Source: Chrysomallon squamiferum (Eukaryota; Animalia; Mollusca). Taken from it: a stretch of DNA of 64,000 bases. This document shows, piece after piece, positions 57,158-64,000 of the stretch. The DNA lies in assembly GCA_012295275.1 (NCBI GenBank), contig CM022674.1, positions 5,952,001 through 6,016,000 on the forward strand, in the 5' to 3' direction. The position numbers and the translations under genes were made by a program. Each line of letters begins with the position of its first letter. Within the stretch, counting starts at the first letter, position 1. Below the pieces are notes generated by a model, which ran no database searches, was not told the origin of the DNA, and was given only the letters and a program-made list of their open reading frames with translations.

Positions 57158-57797
57158 TTACTACTACTACTACGATTACTACTAATATTGCCATTACTAT
57201 TCGTGCTGCTGCTCCTAATGCTTCTACTAAACTCAACATAAACAAAATAAAGGTCATCATTTGACTTAAAATAATAACAGCATCAGTATGCATTGACATA
57301 ACCATCAACAACCACATCATCATCAGTAACAGCAAAAAACCTACAACAGAAAACCAGCAGTAAACTTCATCAAGAACACCAACAATACTGACATTAACAA
57401 CAAAAATAGCAGTAGCAGCAGCAGCAACAACAGCAACAACGATGATGATGATGATGGTGGTGATAATAATAATAATACCGTTCAAGCTGAATGTATATAA
57501 TTAATAATAATAAAAACTGTATAATTTAAACAAACGATTTCCCCTTAAACACAGAATTATTTTGGCCTCACAGTTCGTAGACTAGGCATCGTCACGTGAC
57601 TTTTCTATTCCAGTTCAACAAGAGCCAGTGTAATCTCAAAAAACAAAATAAACAATGAAACTAACGACATCAGCGAATAGTGATAATAATAATAATAATA
57701 AGATGACGAAGAAGACGAAGAAAAAGACGAAATAAAATGAAGAAAAATAAGGAAGAAAAACGAAAACAATAAACAAAAACAACGAAAGAATAATAAT

Positions 57798-57832
<35 letters not shown>

Positions 57833-58321
57833 AATAAATAAAAAAAATTACCTCATTTTAAAAATACTATATCAGTTCACGCAAACCATCCCTTATCTTT
57901 TTGTGAGCGGTATACTTTTCTTCACCGTAACTTTGAAAACTGCATTATCTCGTTTACGAAGTGTCCCTGAATAAATAATTAGGTAGAATGCAGGCTACCA
58001 AAGCTAAAGCACATTAGCTTGACAACATCGTTTAGTGGGACGCGACACTTTACTATGTATAAATACTCGCCAACAACGTCACCCTCTCACTTCTGCAACG
58101 ACGGGGCGAAGATATAAAGAACGGAGGCTTGCAACGTCAGAACGTATTCGTTTTAACAAGTGAGGGATATTATAAAAAAACAAAAAAAAACGAAAAAGAC
58201 AAAAAACGAAAAATAAAACAAAACAAAAAACACACTCAGTGGAAAACATCAGCTGGCGTTTTATGTTTTGACAATTCTTAGCAGAGGTAAGGATTTTCAT
58301 TATTATTTTCCGTTTGTTTTT

Positions 58322-58368
<47 letters not shown>

Positions 58369-58892
58369 TTTGGAATAATGTTCATTCATCGTAGATTTTT
58401 CTTTCTTTCTTTCTTTCTTTCATTCTTTCTTTCTTTCTTTCTTTATTATGTATATGTGTAAGTGGAAGAAACTATATGCGTGATATTGATTTGTTTATCC
58501 TGATAAATAAATGCTTGTAAAAGATGGAAGAAAAATATATGCATGATTACAGATATGTCGGTCGTCAAAACTGCATACACAAACGCTTTTTGTTCGCTGC
58601 AGGAATCCTGTATTGTAACGAAACAAATATGCTTTGCACCCTCAATCTAGTAATATTTACTCCTGTAGGCAAAAATAATTACGTTACGAAAAGGCTTAAA
58701 TGAATACTAAAATTATAATAAATAGAAATAAAAATAAAATAAAAAGTTAACGCCCTCCAACATAGGTTATTGTAATGGAAAAATTTGTGGTTGTTAGTTA
58801 ACGGAAAAAAAGGAAGAAAGAAAAAAAAAAGATAGTAAAAATAGTAAGTACTGTAAGAAATATTTAAGTGGTAGTAAAACGAATTTAACAAC

Positions 58893-58960
<68 letters not shown>

Positions 58961-59233
58961 GACTTGAACAATGCAGAACTATAACAATAACCGGAAAACA
59001 GAAACAACCGGAACAAACAATAATTATAAACACACACACACACACACACACACGAAAGAAGGAAAAAAAACAAAACAAAATTGTTTTAAAGTGACTGTTT
59101 TTATGGCGTGGCTTGAAGCGAACGGTTGACAAATTGTCAAATTGCTCTAAGTTTCTGTCAGCCGACGCTAGGTTCAACGCAACATCAACAACAGCTGCAA
59201 ACAGTCATAAAATATTTATCAATTTTGTTTTCC

Positions 59234-59268
<35 letters not shown>

Positions 59269-59713
59269 AAATAAATTAAAATGATCAAACGAAATAAAAA
59301 TTAAATAATATTAAATAAATAAATAAAAATAAATAAATAAATAAATAAAATATATAAAATAATAAAAAATAAAAACAAAAACAAAATAAAGAAAGAATAT
59401 GTCATCGACGTCTGATTTGTTAGTCACGCTGTTGTAGTTTGTCCATAATTCAACAGTGAGGTCACGTGTACCGGAATGGAGATGGCGACGCGTTTTAAAA
59501 TAGCTACGGTATGTTTGGAGAAGAAATAAAAATAAATGTAGCGGTTTTTTTGTTTGTTTTTTTGTTTTGCTGTGTGTGGGGATTTCATTATTTATTACAC
59601 TGCAAAACTAAATTAGCATAATATTCAACAAAATTATCGTGACAGTTTGACAAATTCAAATAAACCAAATCCTATCTGGAAAATAAATAAATATCCACGT
59701 TCCCATGGCTCCC

Positions 59714-59716
<3 letters not shown>

Positions 59717-59806
<90 letters not shown>

Positions 59807-59830
59807 CCAAACACATAACACACACACACA
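59717..59830. repeat. (CA)n microsatellite
   Basis: Direct reading. Confidence 0.95.
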
Positions 59831-60290
59831 TACAATATAATAAATAAATAAATAAATAAAATAATAATAATAATAATAATAAAAATAATAATAATAATAA
59901 AAAAATAAACTAGAAAAAAAGAAAGAAAGACAAAAAAGGGATTATTATTCATATAACACGAATCCTGTTCCACATTGTAAAAATATTTTTTCTCCCCCGT
60001 CCCCCCCCCGCGCCCCATGTAATGGAGTTCAGCGAACTGTCGTCTGCGCGAAGACAGCGCGTGCTGATACACTGGCAGGTTTTTGCATTTTACAGCGTCT
60101 GACGTCGGCAGTCTCCGTTCCGTGCGCAAATATTTTTCCAACAAACATGACCTGGATGGAAAATGACTTCCCCCCTTCTTCTGTTTCGTTTTCGATTTTC
60201 ACAGCCTGATAAGATCTCGCAGAATCTAATTTACAGAAGCAGTTTGAATAAGTGAATAAATTAATAAATCAATAAGTTAGTAAGTCAGTA

Positions 60291-60330
<40 letters not shown>

Positions 60331-60365
60331 AACACAGTGAGAGACGTCAGCTGAGGTGAAGCATC

Positions 60366-60432
<67 letters not shown>

Positions 60433-60914
60433 TAGAACGTTTACATTATAAGATGATTAACATTAGGCTTTTGCACTTTTCAGTCAAATCTGTTGTACAA
60501 AACACCGTGATATGTGATACTCTGTATTCGGAAATACGTATCTGATCCAAAGATTTGCTCAAGCAAAATTAGAAAAAATTAAAACCAGGAATAAACTCTA
60601 CCAGAGGGCATACTTACTTTTATTAAATACCACACATAACTGGTATAAAATATAAATAAAAAAAATTAAAATTAAAAATAAACATGATATGTGACTGCTC
60701 GCGAAAAAAAATGATAACTTGCTGCAGAACAGTCAATAGCAGACGACAGTGTAATAGTAGTAAGAATTGTAAGATTTCGTAACGGATATTTTGATTGTTA
60801 TTACAATTAAACTGCACTGAGGAGTGTCAATGCAGGCCATTACGTGATCCATATGTGCGCCAGATGATGTGCAATTGGATAAAATTGTGTTTAGCTGTTG
60901 TTAAATGTTGATTC

Positions 60915-60947
<33 letters not shown>

Positions 60948-61079
60948 AATGGTTGACACTGTGACCTGTCACAGCTCATGAATTCACACATGGAAAATAT
61001 ATGCGAAATAACTCGATAATAGAGCAAATTAAATATACTTCCCAACATTAAGAATAATGTATTGAAATGAATTTTATGG

Positions 61080-61105
61080 ATAGATAAATAGACGGAAAGA
61101 GAGAC

Positions 61106-61171
<66 letters not shown>
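61080..61171. repeat. (GA)n microsatellite
   Basis: Direct reading. Confidence 0.95.
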
Positions 61172-61173
<2 letters not shown>

Positions 61174-61376
61174 ACAGAAACAAAGTATTAGCGATTAATA
61201 AATTGTAACGAACACAACAACAACAACAATAATAATAATAATAATAATAATTATAATTATAATAATATTTCAAATAAAATAAAAACAGATATATTACTCT
61301 TTGTAATTTATGTAGATAAATAAAATATGCTAATTAAATTTAAATGCTGATGATAAAATAGTCATGAACCCAAGCA

Positions 61377-61410
61377 TACAGTGAAACCGTTTCAAACGGA
61401 CACCTGTGAA
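61377..61410 (+). mobile_element. possible pogo/Tigger-type terminal inverted repeat remnant
   Basis: TA|CAGTGAAACCGTTTCAAACGGACAC resembles Tc1/mariner-pogo termini; partner end not found. Confidence 0.3.
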
Positions 61411-62042
61411 ACCAACTTAACACTTATGTATTTCGATTTATAATTAATGATTAATATATATTTGTTCGCCCACTTTAACAGCGCTAAAAATTAAATAAAA
61501 AAACCTCACCCACAAACACATATTATCATTCGTTTTTGACACTTGAATAACCAGACTGTTTTATTTTACTACAGGAACACTGTCACGTGACATTCTCATT
61601 TTGTACTTCATTCAAAAACGTATATTAAGTAGATTTACGTAAAAAAAAAAAAAAACGATATGACGATTTCATTTTTAATGCACACCCGCTGGTAACATAT
61701 AACAAGCTATAAATAAACGCACTGTTCGCATAGAGTCACGTGGTGCAAAATGGACGACAACAGCAATGCTTATGATAAATATTAACAACTGATATTTATA
61801 TTAAGGCAGGTTTTTGTAAAAGATTTGTATTTAGCCGTGAGTACAAGGCCTGTCAGACATAATAATGTCTGTGATGAGTGCTCAGAAATAAACATAAATT
61901 CGCGCCCTTCCCAGACTGCGAGAAATGAAAGGTTAACAAGCTTTACGCGATATTTACAAAAACATTTAAAAAAAAAAAAAAAAAAATTAGAAAAAAATGA
62001 TGAAGAAGATGAAAAGAAAGAAAGAAAAAAGAAATGAAATGA

Positions 62043-62078
<36 letters not shown>

Positions 62079-62384
62079 ATGAAAAGAAAACCATTAAAAG
62101 CTTTTATTAAACACTTTGAGTATGTTTGGCCTTTGTGTAAATACAAAGATGGGCGTTGTCACTGGGACGGAGGCCTCGTCAGCGTGATGTTGACCGAGAA
62201 CTGAGAGTTGAAGTTTTCAAACTGTGAGCCCTAAGCTACAAAAATAATAATAATAAAAAAAAAAAAAAAAAAATGCACGAGTCCTGTTTAGCTAGTTTTA
62301 ACAGATCATATGACCACCGAACTGAAGATTTAATTCTGAAAGCTGTAGACGTTCATTGTACATGCCTCAGAATGAGAGACTGAC

Positions 62385-62490
62385 TGTAGGTAGGTCGTGG
62401 TTAGTGCTGAGATGTGACGGGTTTTAAGATCAAGTCTTCCATAGCGAACCGAGTGGGGTTATTTCCTGTTTTAACCAGTGCCCTATGTTT
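62385..62490 (+). mobile_element. SINE 5' fragment
   Basis: gggttatttcctgttttaaccagtg resembles gggttattgcccgttccactcagta at ~19393. Confidence 0.4.
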
Positions 62491-64000
62491 TGTTTGTCAC
62501 GTATTGTTAGCTGCTGTTCATGAGCGGGTAAATTTAAACGAAATCATGCTGCTAATCGAAGAACAGAGCATCCTTCGAGTTACGTCATTCTTTATCTCTG
62601 TATAATTCATAGCCGTAGATACAATGCCGTATTACCAAAGATTAAAGAAATGTTTTTTAAATGGATCGTTAAATAAAATATTGCTTCTCCTTCCTTCTAT
62701 ACCTAAATCGGGCCTCGTGTACAACACACACATAAACATTAAATTAAAATTAATATTTCTGCATCAAATTTCCCTGTTTCTTTTTTTGTTGTCTGTAGGC
62801 TGTCGGTTTGTTTCAGTTCTGCAGTAACGTAATTCATTCAGTAACGCAGTGACCTACTGGCGACTTGGCCTGTCTTCGTTACGAAACCGGGACAAGTCTG
62901 CGCGGTAAGGTCGACCTCGAGGTCACGACCTTGTAATTTTCCAAGATGAAAAATTGCCGCGGAACTGGCGTAACCACTTGGTTCATCACGTCTGCTTTCA
63001 AAAGCATGTCTCTTTGCATGCCTGACACCTGCAGAATAAAATCAGCTTGTCCCAAAGTACAATCATCGCATATTTCTTTATGTTTCAAAAAAAAAAAAAA
63101 AAAAAATAAAATAAAAAAAATAAAACATATACATAATTAACGCCATGTTTGTTTATGTTAACATCTAGCGAATATTCTAGAAATCGCGTTCGATCGGGTC
63201 ATATGCAAAAATATATTTTTGTCCCACAAAATTTGAGAATATTATCAAGAACGTGAAGCATATATGAATAAACAAAACAAAACAAAATTAAACAAATTTA
63301 TTGAAAATTCTGTGTACACTCATTTGAAGAGCGAGCTTGGTTGCAGCAAACCGGCAGACAGCGTAAACAATATTATGTCGTACGATCGATCAATCCGTTC
63401 AAGTACGCATGTTTAATTATTTTCCGTTCCAACAGATGCTCCCTGTCAGCATTATCAGTTCCCGTGATATACGCGTTACTGTTCAAGGGGTGGCGGGCTT
63501 TCGTTCATTTCATTATTATACAAGAATCTGTTAATATTACATTGTGTTAAGGTATATGTGAAAATTAGATATAATAATAATAATAATCAGACGAAGAAGA
63601 AGAAGAAAAAGAATTAATTAAAACAGAAAACAAATCTTGATAAAAGAAACCTATATTAAAAAAAATCGTACAAATAACGTCAACCTATTTCACACACACA
63701 CACACACACACATACACATACACACCCTAGAAATGAAAAAAAAAAAAAAAATAAATAAAGAACTGAAAGTAAGAAGTTTAAAAAAAAAAACCACAACAAC
63801 AAACAAACAGAAACCCCTTGAACAACAATAACAAGGACACAAAAACCACTGAATTATTCATTACGATGAATTTACATTACAAACGTACCACATCTTTTGT
63901 TCATTATTAAAACCTGACCTTTCTAACCTTTGACCTATCTCTGAGGTCCTGCGATTTGAACTCGCTGTAACATAATCGCAAATATGTAACTGGATTTTCG

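Overview
AT-rich, microsatellite-dense animal genomic DNA, probably molluscan/gastropod (inferred from repeat style, not proven). One protein-coding gene is clear: a 15-coding-exon, plus-strand SLC5 sodium:solute symporter (CDS 26156-40520, 2163 nt, 720 aa as spliced by hand). Its sequence is most like the sodium/myo-inositol cotransporter SMIT1 (SLC5A3). Intron 6 holds a decayed KRBA2/SCAND3-like (Ginger-type) DDE integrase element. Intron 10 is unusual: its donor end and its acceptor end are each expanded into ~90-bp tandem arrays of splice sites, creating a candidate 3-nt microexon and an in-frame alternative acceptor. The CpG-poor region after the stop looks like a ~7.7-kb 3' UTR containing a ~410-bp inverted repeat and three perfect miR-10 8mer sites at an exact 20-nt period. 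The flanks (1-25 kb, 50-64 kb) appear non-coding, with SINE remnants, simple repeats and clusters of transcription-factor-like motifs. Most ORFs in the supplied track are microsatellite artefacts.
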